64,000 nt of DNA, from positions 704,001-768,000 of the forward strand of contig OY970209.1 in NCBI GenBank assembly GCA_963713855.1, given 5' to 3'. The DNA is from an uncultured bacterium (GTDB lineage: Bacteria; Babelota; Babeliae; Babelales; Babelaceae). The notes under the pieces were generated by a model, which saw nothing but the letters and a program-made list of their open reading frames with translations, was not told where the DNA came from and made no database searches. This document shows, piece after piece, positions 54,001 to 63,196 of the stretch. The first letter of the stretch is position 1, and every line of letters starts with the position of its first letter. A program made the translations under genes and the position numbers.

Positions 54001-56147
54001 TCGATGACCTGATGATTCCGATCAAATAACGCGTGTATTGCCTCTTGATCCAGGTGCACGGTATGTTTGCCTAAAGGTATTGCAGTGTTTTTTACGTTTC
54101 CGCTATCAGCAATGAGTGAAAGGTTTTGTGTGCCGAATATCGTTCCACCATGGTTGTAGATGCCAGCTCCAGCTTCACTCTTGGGCACCGAAAGCTCGAC
54201 ATCAAATCCTATTATCTGCCCACCGGGTAGAGGAGTTTTTATCCTAAAATGACGCGTAAGCGTTTTTGTATTAACTATTGTTTTAGCTTCTATTTCAAGC
54301 TTATCGATGCTGCGAATAACTCCGGTATTTATAACATCTGACGCATTATCGATTATCACATCTTTGCCAGTCATCGTTGCTAGATGATAGTTTTCTTTAA
54401 CATCGTTTGTGGTCAAGTAGAGGATTGGCACCAAACATTGCTGGCCTTCAAAGCTATCAAGCGTGTAATAGATTAAGCTTGAAGGAGCTGCTTCTAGCTC
54501 ACTTTGTGAGAGCTTTAAGAAATGTGTTCCTGCTTTAATCTGTAACATGCGGGCTTTTACATCGTTTGGCTGTAACTTTTTCGGGTTACCGAAAGTTGCA
54601 AGAAGTTCCTCATATGCCTTTTGCTCTTCCTCAGAGCAGTCTTGCCATTCCTGTTGCATGTCTTTTCTATTTTCCAAGCTATGCAAACTTCCACGCACAA
54701 GGGCATACAAAAACCCGTTATCGTGAAGGTGATTTAAGAGCTCTATGCAGTCATTTTTCCGATAACCGGGCAAATTGGGCATATGTGTTGCTTCAAAAAG
54801 CACTCTACTTAAAGCGTCGGCTTGCAAATGCAAAGAGAGTAAGGCTTTTTCGTTCCCAGTTATTGATTGATTGTTTTCAATAAGGAATGCAAACTCATTA
54901 AATGGACGCACCGCCTCCTCAGTAGGGTTTAGCGGAGGAACAAACATAAAGCGTTCAGTGTTTGCTTGTTTTTTTGCTATCGTTGCTTTTTCTATGCAAT
55001 TTTTAAGAGAAATTTTTTGAGCTTGAAATGAAGGTAAGGCTATTGGTCCCTCAGGAAGCGTGTTACTTACGTAATATGATCCTTCATGCGATCCTGTTGA
55101 TTGCACGTATGCGTGAGCGGCGATAAGTCCCTCATTAAGCAAGTTTCCAAGCGTGCATGGAACATGTTTGTTGTTAAAAATGCATGTTTTTCCGTTATGA
55201 GTGAGGATTATGTCGTTTCCCGCGCTGATAACAGCAACATCGCATAAAAGGCTAAAATTTCGATTCGTCACGTACTCATCGCTAAACCACCCTTTTTTAA
55301 AATGAGCTTTATGAAAAACATGTTCGTTGCAGTGCGGCGTAACTGTTAAAGACTGCTTATAGGTAACACGTATATCTTTTTGTGCAATGAGCGCTCCGCC
55401 ATCTAAATTCGCTCTATCAGCTGCAACGGCAACTGTACCAGTTTTAGATTCAATAAGTGCGCGAGGGTGCTTTTTTGTAAACGCAAAGTCTTCGAATTTT
55501 TCTGGCTTGCCATCGTTAAAATATTGTAGGCTGCGCCCGGTTTTTTGTCTGGTTGTCTCTCCGTAAGCTAGTTCAAAAGCTTGTGCTTCGATCTCTACGT
55601 CGTTGCGAGCTCTTAAAGCGGTGTGCAGTTTAAAAACTGCTTGCGGCAAAATAAAAGAGGCTTTTCCTCCAATTTCCCACTGCGCAGATACATCGCTTTT
55701 AAAACAGCAGGTGCTCGGTGCTATAAGCTCAAAATCACTATGAGCTATGAGCGTGTTAGATGCTAAAACGGACGTTTGGTTACCGTCTACTTTGAGTGAA
55801 AACGGATTTTGTACATTGAGCTCACTGAGCGTAATGGTGCCATCTAATGCAATGCAAAGTCTGCATTTATTTTCTGGTTCGTCGAGAATAAAATCAACGT
55901 TACCCGTTTTGTGAAAATACTGTGCATAGGGCTCTAAAGCAGAAAGATTACCTAGATCGTAAAACCCTGTTTTTGCATATGGAAGAGTTATGTCAAATAC
56001 AGATTGTTCACCTTTCTTAAAGGACATTCTTAGCGAGCTTGCGCTTTTTACTATCGATACGTGATATGGATCTTGCGATGAAGAGTATGAAAGGGACGAA
56101 AAAAAACAAATCAATACTAAAAGCTGCTGGCGTACATAAAAAGTCAT
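51009..56147 (-). CDS. Hemagglutinin-repeat (FhaB/CdiA-like) polymorphic toxin
   Basis: Signal peptide. FHA-like beta segments, GQQCLVPILYL and NTGVI. Pre-toxin LLDLVPVVGDIK. Basic tip IRLMD..PYFRV..G..THI. Confidence 0.8.
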   Translation of the reverse strand: MTFYVRQQLLVLICFFSSLSYSSSQDPYHVSIVKSASSLRMSFKKGEQSVFDITLPYAKTGFYDLGNLSALEPYAQYFHKTGNVDFILDEPENKCRLCIALDGTITLSELNVQNPFSLKVDGNQTSVLASNTLIAHSDFELIAPSTCCFKSDVSAQWEIGGKASFILPQAVFKLHTALRARNDVEIEAQAFELAYGETTRQKTGRSLQYFNDGKPEKFEDFAFTKKHPRALIESKTGTVAVAADRANLDGGALIAQKDIRVTYKQSLTVTPHCNEHVFHKAHFKKGWFSDEYVTNRNFSLLCDVAVISAGNDIILTHNGKTCIFNNKHVPCTLGNLLNEGLIAAHAYVQSTGSHEGSYYVSNTLPEGPIALPSFQAQKISLKNCIEKATIAKKQANTERFMFVPPLNPTEEAVRPFNEFAFLIENNQSITGNEKALLSLHLQADALSRVLFEATHMPNLPGYRKNDCIELLNHLHDNGFLYALVRGSLHSLENRKDMQQEWQDCSEEEQKAYEELLATFGNPKKLQPNDVKARMLQIKAGTHFLKLSQSELEAAPSSLIYYTLDSFEGQQCLVPILYLTTNDVKENYHLATMTGKDVIIDNASDVINTGVIRSIDKLEIEAKTIVNTKTLTRHFRIKTPLPGGQIIGFDVELSVPKSEAGAGIYNHGGTIFGTQNLSLIADSGNVKNTAIPLGKHTVHLDQEAIHALFDRNHQVIDYYPGRLISGGDMTIVAQAGRFLNEASRIIARGDVHLKSYANVVLKSLVSHTAEQTSHVNGMSFEQISLDGIKVHRSEIHSQGNVFIESTAGQIKDTASSFRGAGFTFKSALGNEFKPLALDISLAKAKTGFDTFSFGHVVDTVHTRGYAQTTFENTGKLEFDSALDNVFQAVIFTNDNEPIHIVAARDNVFKGAKKLTNIQSDGWSFGVSFFGSKSIQALENDDIQGAAWYLVNEDPLLAALLALKESSNAADKVANSTYSTIEALRLFLAYEEQAKTSQHPAIRVLGQRLGLTDDSGKFNPRMLWRLGTVQSHEHSTSNLKTVINGSQVELKSGNQLLLLDGTEIHAHDVTIDAKEVHGKAARDEYAKGTTTLGMTFGNDGSLGVDASYTQEDSTSYNNVKINAGNFTLRAENVHCHGCRVNVTNADINVKKELDLASVSDTRNGFTAGASVLDGASTIAAAFNYHKRAQKTIREPSGIHASKHLNVLTDTLNLNGAYITSDDPDARVQAKNIYHEDIDGYSESSSINLSNTASTQGSDILGIRAIVDARLFNESQDEKTRATIDKTMLIITEDDLSKINRDRAQIHAVDPIESTVYRAVIPIVDREKFKKGLDKVKTVLSHNEPITADIFDKLIEELGIQKPTEAEKEAIAQIINKLESDDTNKEPQEPEKISNEQTSSNNDSNPTNEQKEASYSGSETCINGEKLTVEELSLGTLQQKDDQLVAHVEHNPDGTITITYKGKSAILKVSGTINYFDQLLKEFDDILKQSGLTKDKSEADILKLMVTEREILTEHFRQRGIVCSFLLDLVPVVGDIKAAYQTLTDKEASLKTKLAVLGLLAIPHARSIGKTVKWCAYKILKSLKSVKKVKTDSIFKRLSSFATNVAKTGYIKKGSQVVDFNTRAAAEKVANFFKGTIKEAKNGKGWVVAILKDNRKIEIRLMDAGSGMRPKPYFRVTVPKSALTIEGKLSNKPKLTHIELTENYFEQIQNIVKKC

Positions 56148-56504
56148 GAAAGACCTTTCGTAATAAGTTGTTTAAAAGAACAACTCCATTACTACGGTCC
56201 ACATTTTTGATGGTAGCAGATATATTAATACACATTTTATATTTAATCAAATTTTTTTAATTTCTTTACTGAAAATCAAAATTTTTATGTAATGCGCATT
56301 TAAAAAAATGGCACGCGTGCTTGAGATGTCGTTTACCTAAGTAGAAACTGTATTCGTAAAATCGGTGCCATAAGACTTAGCTTAGACATCACTATTTTCA
56401 TGAAAAGATGGCGTTAGCTCGTACATGAGCATCGTTGAAGTATTGCACTATCAGCATGAAATAGTTTATAATTGAAATAAATCTGAATAAAAAAGGGACT
56501 ATTT

Positions 56505-56909
56505 ATGAAATCTTTTATCAGATGTGCACTGGTAGTCGCCACAGTACTTAGCATGACATCTTTGGCAAACGCATATGAGTATAAAATTGGTAACTGCCTT
56601 AATGAAACTATCAGGGTGCAGCTCGTCGGCACCGGTTGGCAAGAAGGTGCTACGGGATTAGAGCGAGCAGGCGGTTGTACCGCTCCTACCATTGACGTGC
56701 CAGCGGGAGAAATAAGTCCAGTGATAGGAGTTCAAGGTGTTTCGGCGCCAGAGACTTGCTGCGCAGACCATCTTGTCGTTAATGGATCGATCACCATTCC
56801 ATTGGACCCACAAACTTTTTGTAGTCCAGTTGGGCTTCCGACTATTTATATTAGTAAGGTTGCAGCTACTGGTCACTTCGTTGCTTCTAAAACGACTTGC
56901 TATCCATAG
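56505..56909 (+). CDS. Small secreted Cys-containing protein
   Basis: Signal ending ANA-Y, six Cys in the mature part. Overlaps the convergent gene by 23 nt. Confidence 0.75.
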   Translation: MKSFIRCALVVATVLSMTSLANAYEYKIGNCLNETIRVQLVGTGWQEGATGLERAGGCTAPTIDVPAGEISPVIGVQGVSAPETCCADHLVVNGSITIPLDPQTFCSPVGLPTIYISKVAATGHFVASKTTCYP

Positions 56910-58536
56910 GAGAATGTGGAGCTAAGTCTCTTGGTAAACCGGTAAACTGATGAATGAGATCGCGTATTTCCTGAGGAAGTTCTGAAAATTGCCTAGGATG
57001 AGGAAATGCGCCGACTAGGGTTGTTTCTGTTTCTTGAGGTTCTTGAATTTGCTGGTTTTCTAGAATTATCTCGTTTAAGTGTTGCATTCTTAAGCGCTCT
57101 ACAAGATAATCCCTTAACAATACCCGGATTCTTCGATGGTCCCCATTAGGTCGCTGCCTTTCACTATTATAAAGCTTTCTACCTAAGTCTTTAACACTGA
57201 GCTCAATATCCACCGTGCACCACAGTGCCACCTGCAGAATCAATCCGACCAAGTCAACATTTGCTTGTTGTACGGCTAAATGAAGCCCTTCTTCTAATGT
57301 ATTAAGCCACAATTCTCTGTTGTGCCTCATGTCCGCATTTGCTAATAACCATTGAGCATTTTCTGGGCGATTAGATCCTGTTGCGCATAGGAATGCAGAG
57401 GAAAACATTTCTTGATTTACTGGGGTGGCGCTATTTGCAACAATTTTTTGTAGGGTTGAAGGCGACCCTCTGGAGGCTGCCAGTTCAAGCATTAGTTTGG
57501 AATGCATAGTATCCAGAAACCAAGGAGTCTCAGGGCGGCTCACAAACGTAGCACTAAGGTCAAAGAGCGCAAGGTCGGTGATCCATCCAAGTAAGATTTC
57601 GACAACTAGGGGTTCATTACTATTTTCTGGGTTTTGTACAGTAATCCAAAACTTAGATATGTTCTTCCTTGAAGGTAAGATACTAAGAAGATTATGCGAG
57701 AGAAAGCAAAATAGAAGTGCTAATTTTTCATGAGTAGGTACGCCAAAGTACGTAAATTGAATTTTGTAAAATAGAGAAAGGACGTCAAGAATACCAATGC
57801 GCAAATTGTTACTAAAAAGCTGCAAGCTCTTAAGAAAAGAGGATAAAAAGTTGTGCATATGCATAAGCCGTTGAGGATCGCTCTTAGAAAAGAGGTCTGA
57901 GGCAGTACCAACAATTCTAGTAATACAAATTCCAAAACTCATTTCATCGAAAGAGGATCCATTTTTATGAAGTACCTTAAGCATTTTCTTCATCAGAGCA
58001 GCTTCTTCAGCATATTTCAAAGTCTTAAGGACTCTTGAGCATGCAAAACTTATAACTGTGTATGGATCTATCATTCGACCGTTGTCATCTTTCGTGGGTA
58101 TTCCAGCCTCTGCGTTTACGTCAGCTCCATGAGCTAAAAGGAAAGCCAATGCATCACAATAACACCCTCGCGCTGCAAGAAAAATGGGCCGGTCTTGGTT
58201 TTGGTTATTAGCTACAGCATCAACAGATGCCCCTCTTTCAACAAGTACAGCAATGATATCGGCGAAGCCGTTTTGCGCAGCAAGGTGAATACTTTGAAAA
58301 CCATCCTGATTGGTTATCGTTATATCAGGGCCAAGCGCAAGAATAGATAACGCTTCTTCTTTATTCTTTCGCTCAAGCGCATCTAAAAGCTTTTTTCCTA
58401 AATTGATTGCTGTTTTATCTTCAGATTCCTCCTGGCGAGGTTCGTCTTGATTTTGTCCCTCCATAGCTATGAGTTTTTCAAATAAGCCAAGAAATAAGCT
58501 GCACATAAGCGTTGCAAGTATGTGAGTGTACTTCAT
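56887..58536 (-). CDS. Secreted ankyrin protein with C-terminal F-box-like motif (array member)
   Basis: Signal plus AMEGQ, ankyrins SIHLAA and PIFLAA..LLAHGADVN, tail FSELPQEIRDLI. Start at ATG 58536. Confidence 0.88.
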   Translation of the reverse strand: MKYTHILATLMCSLFLGLFEKLIAMEGQNQDEPRQEESEDKTAINLGKKLLDALERKNKEEALSILALGPDITITNQDGFQSIHLAAQNGFADIIAVLVERGASVDAVANNQNQDRPIFLAARGCYCDALAFLLAHGADVNAEAGIPTKDDNGRMIDPYTVISFACSRVLKTLKYAEEAALMKKMLKVLHKNGSSFDEMSFGICITRIVGTASDLFSKSDPQRLMHMHNFLSSFLKSLQLFSNNLRIGILDVLSLFYKIQFTYFGVPTHEKLALLFCFLSHNLLSILPSRKNISKFWITVQNPENSNEPLVVEILLGWITDLALFDLSATFVSRPETPWFLDTMHSKLMLELAASRGSPSTLQKIVANSATPVNQEMFSSAFLCATGSNRPENAQWLLANADMRHNRELWLNTLEEGLHLAVQQANVDLVGLILQVALWCTVDIELSVKDLGRKLYNSERQRPNGDHRRIRVLLRDYLVERLRMQHLNEIILENQQIQEPQETETTLVGAFPHPRQFSELPQEIRDLIHQFTGLPRDLAPHSPMDSKSF

Positions 58537-58586
58537 TACAGACAATCTCTTTTTGGTTAAAGTAATTCTGTATTAGCTACCTTTTA

Positions 58587-60239
58587 TTATAATGAATGCA
58601 AGCCTCTTCCTAAACGAGCAAGTTCATGAATTTGAACGCGTATTTCCGCAGGAAGTTGCGCAATGTATGCAGGATGAGGAACCGCTCCTACGGATGTCGT
58701 TTCTACTGCGAGTGCTTCAGTTTCATTTGGTGCACCACGTAAAATGAGATGGCTAATGTTTAAGCGTCGTCGAAAATAATCAGATAATGATCGTCTCATG
58801 AGACGGTAGTTTTCGTTTCGTTGTTCTCCCGCTCTTTCTTCTTGAATTTCCCTACCATGGAGCATTCGACCCAATTCTCTGACATCAAGCTCGATATCAT
58901 GCTCGAGTGCAAAATCAAGAATTAATTTAACTTCGGGAACTTGTTCACGCAGCACAGCAAGGTAGAGTCCTTCGGCTAATGCGGCAAGCCATAGTTGTCT
59001 ATTATCTGAGACAGATGCATTACCTAATAACCATCGGACATTTTCTGCGCGACCGGACCCTGCTGCGCATATTAATGCGGCAGCAAACATTTCTTGAGTT
59101 ACTGGTGCAGTGCTGTTCTTAACGATTTCTTCCATGATATCTGTTGTGCCTCTAGAGGCAGCTAGTTCAAGCAGTAGTTTGCAATTCATCTTATCTAGAA
59201 GCCAAGGACTGTTAGGCGGTATCGCCTTTCGAACTTTTATTTTGCTTAATTCAAAGCTATCCGTCCACCAAAGAGCAATATCGCTAGGTTCCGGGATACT
59301 TCTATGGTCTACATAATCCAGTACTTCGATATTAAAATCAGATCCAACACTGTCCGAAGTGATAGCAAGAAGGCCATGTGAGAGAAAGCATGATAGCAGT
59401 ATGAACTTATGATGGTTATTTGGAAAAAGATTGGCTGTTGTGACAGTCCCGTGAAAGCCTGAAAGGACCCGATTAAAATCGGCGCGGAAATTGCTAAAAG
59501 GTTGTATATTCTCAAGACAAGATGATAAGAAGTTGTACATATTGATAGTCTTTAGGGGATTGTAAATAGAAACAATCTTTTTAGCAACTTGTAGAATTGA
59601 TAATAGTGAGAAGTTGAAGTTTGGTTCATCGAATGAAGCACCATATTTAAAAAGGAGCTTAAGCATTTTCTTCATACCAGGAAGGATCTCATCCGCGCCT
59701 TGATACGGTCTGGTCGAAAGGGTCCTAATACACGCAAAATGGACAACATGACCCATGACATTTAGTAATTGAGCTTTACTTTGACCAAATACATATGCCT
59801 GTGCTGTTACGTCAGCGCCATTAGCTAGAAGGAAAGCTAGAGTGTCAAGATGACCCTCGCGTACGGCAAGAAAGATGGGCCGGAAAGCGCCCTCATTATC
59901 TGTTGGAGCATTAACCGAAGCTCCTCTTTGAAAAAGCATAGCGACTATATCAGTCCAACCATTTGATGCAGCAAGGTGAATACTCTGAAAGCCTTGCTGA
60001 TTAGTCATCGTAATATCAGGGTTGAGCTTCAGTATACGTAATGCTTCTTCCTTGTTTTTTTTCTCAAGTGCATTTAAAAGCTTTTTTCCTAAATCTGCTG
60101 GTGAAAGATCTTCTAAGCTTTCAATGTTCTCTTCTTGCCGAGGTTCATCTTGGCTCTGTCCTTCCATAGCGATAAGTTCACTTGGTAATAAAAGGCCTAA
60201 AGTGCAGATGATAATTGCTAGAAAGTGTGCGTATTTCAT
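58587..60239 (-). CDS. Secreted ankyrin protein with C-terminal F-box-like motif (array member)
   Basis: Same architecture. Tail IAQLPAEIRVQI. Confidence 0.88.
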   Translation of the reverse strand: MKYAHFLAIIICTLGLLLPSELIAMEGQSQDEPRQEENIESLEDLSPADLGKKLLNALEKKNKEEALRILKLNPDITMTNQQGFQSIHLAASNGWTDIVAMLFQRGASVNAPTDNEGAFRPIFLAVREGHLDTLAFLLANGADVTAQAYVFGQSKAQLLNVMGHVVHFACIRTLSTRPYQGADEILPGMKKMLKLLFKYGASFDEPNFNFSLLSILQVAKKIVSIYNPLKTINMYNFLSSCLENIQPFSNFRADFNRVLSGFHGTVTTANLFPNNHHKFILLSCFLSHGLLAITSDSVGSDFNIEVLDYVDHRSIPEPSDIALWWTDSFELSKIKVRKAIPPNSPWLLDKMNCKLLLELAASRGTTDIMEEIVKNSTAPVTQEMFAAALICAAGSGRAENVRWLLGNASVSDNRQLWLAALAEGLYLAVLREQVPEVKLILDFALEHDIELDVRELGRMLHGREIQEERAGEQRNENYRLMRRSLSDYFRRRLNISHLILRGAPNETEALAVETTSVGAVPHPAYIAQLPAEIRVQIHELARLGRGLHSL

Positions 60240-60306
60240 TAAAGGACATACCTCATTATGTACATCAATTTTACGTTAACCGCTTATTGCTATTAGCTGT
60301 CACTTA

Positions 60307-61932
60307 TTATAACTGATATAAGCTGTTTCCTAAACCAGCGTACCCATGAATAATTAAGCGCATTTCTGCAGGAAGTTGTGTAAAGCTTGTAGGGCGAAGA
60401 ACCGCACCAGTCAAAGTTGTTTCGGTTTCTTGAGCTTCGTCAGGCTGGCCATTTAAAAGCGAACGGCTTATTCTGTGGCGTCGTAAAGTATATTCATATA
60501 ATGACCCACGAATTGCTCTATGATTTAAGTTAGGTTGCAGCCCATTCTCAAGCCGACGGCGTTCCATAGCATAAAGCATTCGGCCTAATTCTCTGACGTC
60601 AATCGGGATGTCATGCGTGATAACGAACTCAAGAATTAATTTGACTACGTTATGATGTTCCCGTAGGGCAGCTGAGTAAAGTCCATCATTTAGTGCATTG
60701 AACCATAAATTAGTGTAATCGGTGATGTTTGCGTTTTCTAATAACCGTTGAACGTTTTCAGAGCGACCAGACCCTGCAGCGCATAAAAACGCGGAAGCAA
60801 ACATTTCCTGAGTTACTTTTATACTGCTATTCTTGATGATTTCTGTCATGAGGTCCACTGTTCCCTGAGAGGCTGTCCAATCAAGCAGCATTTTACAATG
60901 CCTTTCATCTAGAAGCCATGCGGGATTGGAATCAAACTTAATTTCGGTGAGAGTGTCGTTTTCCCAAGAAAGCGAGATGCGAAGACTGTTAGTCACGTCT
61001 CCAGTGTTAACTGCAGAGTTAATTCGGCTCATATTTGGTATTGAATGAGGTTTAGCCAGCAGATTATGCGTTGAAAAGCATGAGAGGAGCATGAATATAT
61101 CGGGGTATGGATAGAACTTATTAGTATTTACTCTTTCCTTGTCCATGAAGATAGACATAATGTCATTTACACTAAGTTGGAAATTGACATAAGGCCGCAT
61201 GCTCTCAAGAAAAGAAGATAAGAATGTGTACATTTTTATAAACTTCACAGCAGTATTTTCAGTTGTAATCGACCTCGAAGCCATCAAAACACAACGAATT
61301 GATTGCCAAAACGAAGGTTCATCGAATGAAGCGCCATGTTTAAAAAGGAGCTTAAGGATTGACTTCAAACATTTGGCTTCAAGGTAGTAGCTCATAGATT
61401 TAAATGCCTTAAGGGCCGCGCATATTGCGGCATGACCCATAATGTTGATGGGTACGCTTTTCACGGTATTAGGCTCATCCCCTCTGACACGCAGTAGGCA
61501 AGCTGTATTTACGTCAGCTCCACGAAGTAAAAGGAAACTTAAGGTCTCGAGGTCTCCCGCCCCCGCGGCAAGAAAAATGGGGCGGTCGTCTGTCAAATTA
61601 CGAGCTACTGCATCGAGCGAAGCTCCCTTTTTAAGAAGCAGGTCAATTACGTCAGTCCAGCCATTGAGTGTGGCAAGGTGAATACTTTGTAACCCTTGAT
61701 CATTAGGTAGCGTAACATCAGGATTAAGCTGAAGAATACGTAAGGCTTCTTCTTTATTTTTTTCCTCAAGAGCATCTAGCAGCTTTTTTCCTAAATTGGT
61801 TGGAGAATTTTCATCAGCAAATTCCTCTTTGCGAGGTTCGTCTGGTTCTTGTCCCTCCATGGCGATGAGTTTGCTAGGTAAGGCAAAGCCTAAGCTTGAG
61901 ATAAGAATAAAGAGAAAATGTGTACGTTTCAT
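60307..61932 (-). CDS. Secreted ankyrin protein with C-terminal F-box-like motif (array member)
   Basis: Same architecture. Tail FTQLPAEMRLII. Confidence 0.88.
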   Translation of the reverse strand: MKRTHFLFILISSLGFALPSKLIAMEGQEPDEPRKEEFADENSPTNLGKKLLDALEEKNKEEALRILQLNPDVTLPNDQGLQSIHLATLNGWTDVIDLLLKKGASLDAVARNLTDDRPIFLAAGAGDLETLSFLLLRGADVNTACLLRVRGDEPNTVKSVPINIMGHAAICAALKAFKSMSYYLEAKCLKSILKLLFKHGASFDEPSFWQSIRCVLMASRSITTENTAVKFIKMYTFLSSFLESMRPYVNFQLSVNDIMSIFMDKERVNTNKFYPYPDIFMLLSCFSTHNLLAKPHSIPNMSRINSAVNTGDVTNSLRISLSWENDTLTEIKFDSNPAWLLDERHCKMLLDWTASQGTVDLMTEIIKNSSIKVTQEMFASAFLCAAGSGRSENVQRLLENANITDYTNLWFNALNDGLYSAALREHHNVVKLILEFVITHDIPIDVRELGRMLYAMERRRLENGLQPNLNHRAIRGSLYEYTLRRHRISRSLLNGQPDEAQETETTLTGAVLRPTSFTQLPAEMRLIIHGYAGLGNSLYQL

Positions 61933-62169
61933 TACGAGTATACCTTCTACGTTTAATAAAATCTTGAGGCCAGACTTGAGAAAACACTGGTCTCATCGAG
62001 CATTTTTTTGTTCAAGTAGAGCTGTTATATATAGACTAACTTAATTTAAAAATATTTCAATAGAGCATTAATCACGCGATTTGTTCGGCGCGTCTTGGTC
62101 TTGCTGAATAAAATAGTCTCTCGATGGTAAATTTTTTGGCCTATCTGTGAACTAAAAACCTTTTTTGGC

Positions 62170-62197
62170 TTGACAATTTTCGGATATGCTATACGAT
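62170..62197 (+). promoter_or_regulatory. Sigma70-like promoter
   Basis: TTGACA-16 nt-TACGAT, 43 nt before ATG 62241. Confidence 0.45.
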
Positions 62198-62240
62198 TAT
62201 TTATAAAATTAATGACAACGAGCAAATATAAGGCTGAAAC

Positions 62241-63131
62241 ATGTTTAGATTTAAGACAGATTTTTTTCGATATTTAATCACTTTCTCTCTGCTGGGCCTC
62301 GCGCAAGCGATGCAAGGTATGGAAGGTTTAGGGGCCCCAGGTTCCGTAGAAGTTACTGGAGCTACCGTAGCAAATGTTAGAGCTCAGTTAGGAATCGACG
62401 TGGCTGATGCGTTGCTTGCGCAACAACTGATGAATGAAGATCTTGATAGACTTTATCCGGAAGATCAAGGGCTGCCTGAGGAGAACCGTCGTTCAGGCGT
62501 TGAGGCGTTAACTCGTAAGAGAAAAAGAGCAACATGCACGGTGAGTTCTTTAGATTCTCCACCAAGAGCAAAAAGAGTTTCTGTAAAACATACTGATGCT
62601 CCACATCCTTTACTTCAGGCTCTCGAAAATGCGAGTTTTGAGCCTTCAGCTGAGTTAGTAGAGGACATTTTAAAAATGTTGGATGATCGAGGCATACCTT
62701 CTCAAGTGCTTCTCAAAGCATTTACTATGGCTATCTCTAGAGATTTAACTGATATTGCTCTCAAGATTTTTAATCCAGGAAATCTGCAAAGTTCGCGATT
62801 GAGTTTGCAGCAACTGTGCATAGAACTTCTTCGCATAGCGAATAATATGGATGGTGAATTGTTACAAAAGCTTGCACACTTTCGTGACCCGATAACTGAA
62901 GAAGGTATACATCCAAACATTCTCCTGACTTTATTTGAAAGAGCATTAAAAAACGGTCAATCGGCAGTGGTAGAATTGCTTGTAAGTTGTTGTACGTTAT
63001 CACAATTGGGTCATGTGTATGACAAAATAGATATTGAAGTGCACAAAGAGCTTGCTAAACTTATCGCTGATCGTATGGAAAAAATACTATTAGACTCTTC
63101 AATACCTGTCGATTCCTCTTTTCTTAATTAG
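62241..63131 (+). CDS. Secreted protein with NLS-like basic motifs and helical C-terminus
   Basis: Signal peptide, TRKRKRAT and PPRAKRVS. ALKNGQSAVVELLV resembles a degenerate ankyrin. Confidence 0.8.
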   Translation: MFRFKTDFFRYLITFSLLGLAQAMQGMEGLGAPGSVEVTGATVANVRAQLGIDVADALLAQQLMNEDLDRLYPEDQGLPEENRRSGVEALTRKRKRATCTVSSLDSPPRAKRVSVKHTDAPHPLLQALENASFEPSAELVEDILKMLDDRGIPSQVLLKAFTMAISRDLTDIALKIFNPGNLQSSRLSLQQLCIELLRIANNMDGELLQKLAHFRDPITEEGIHPNILLTLFERALKNGQSAVVELLVSCCTLSQLGHVYDKIDIEVHKELAKLIADRMEKILLDSSIPVDSSFLN

Positions 63132-63132
63132 T

Positions 63133-63166
63133 AAAAAATAGGGGGACATTTTGTCCCCCTTATCTT
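63133..63166. terminator. Bidirectional intrinsic terminator
   Basis: AGGGGGACA-TTT-TGTCCCCCT with A/T-rich flanks between convergent genes. Confidence 0.8.
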
Positions 63167-63196
63167 TGTAAGGTCACTATAAACCTTACCCGTACA

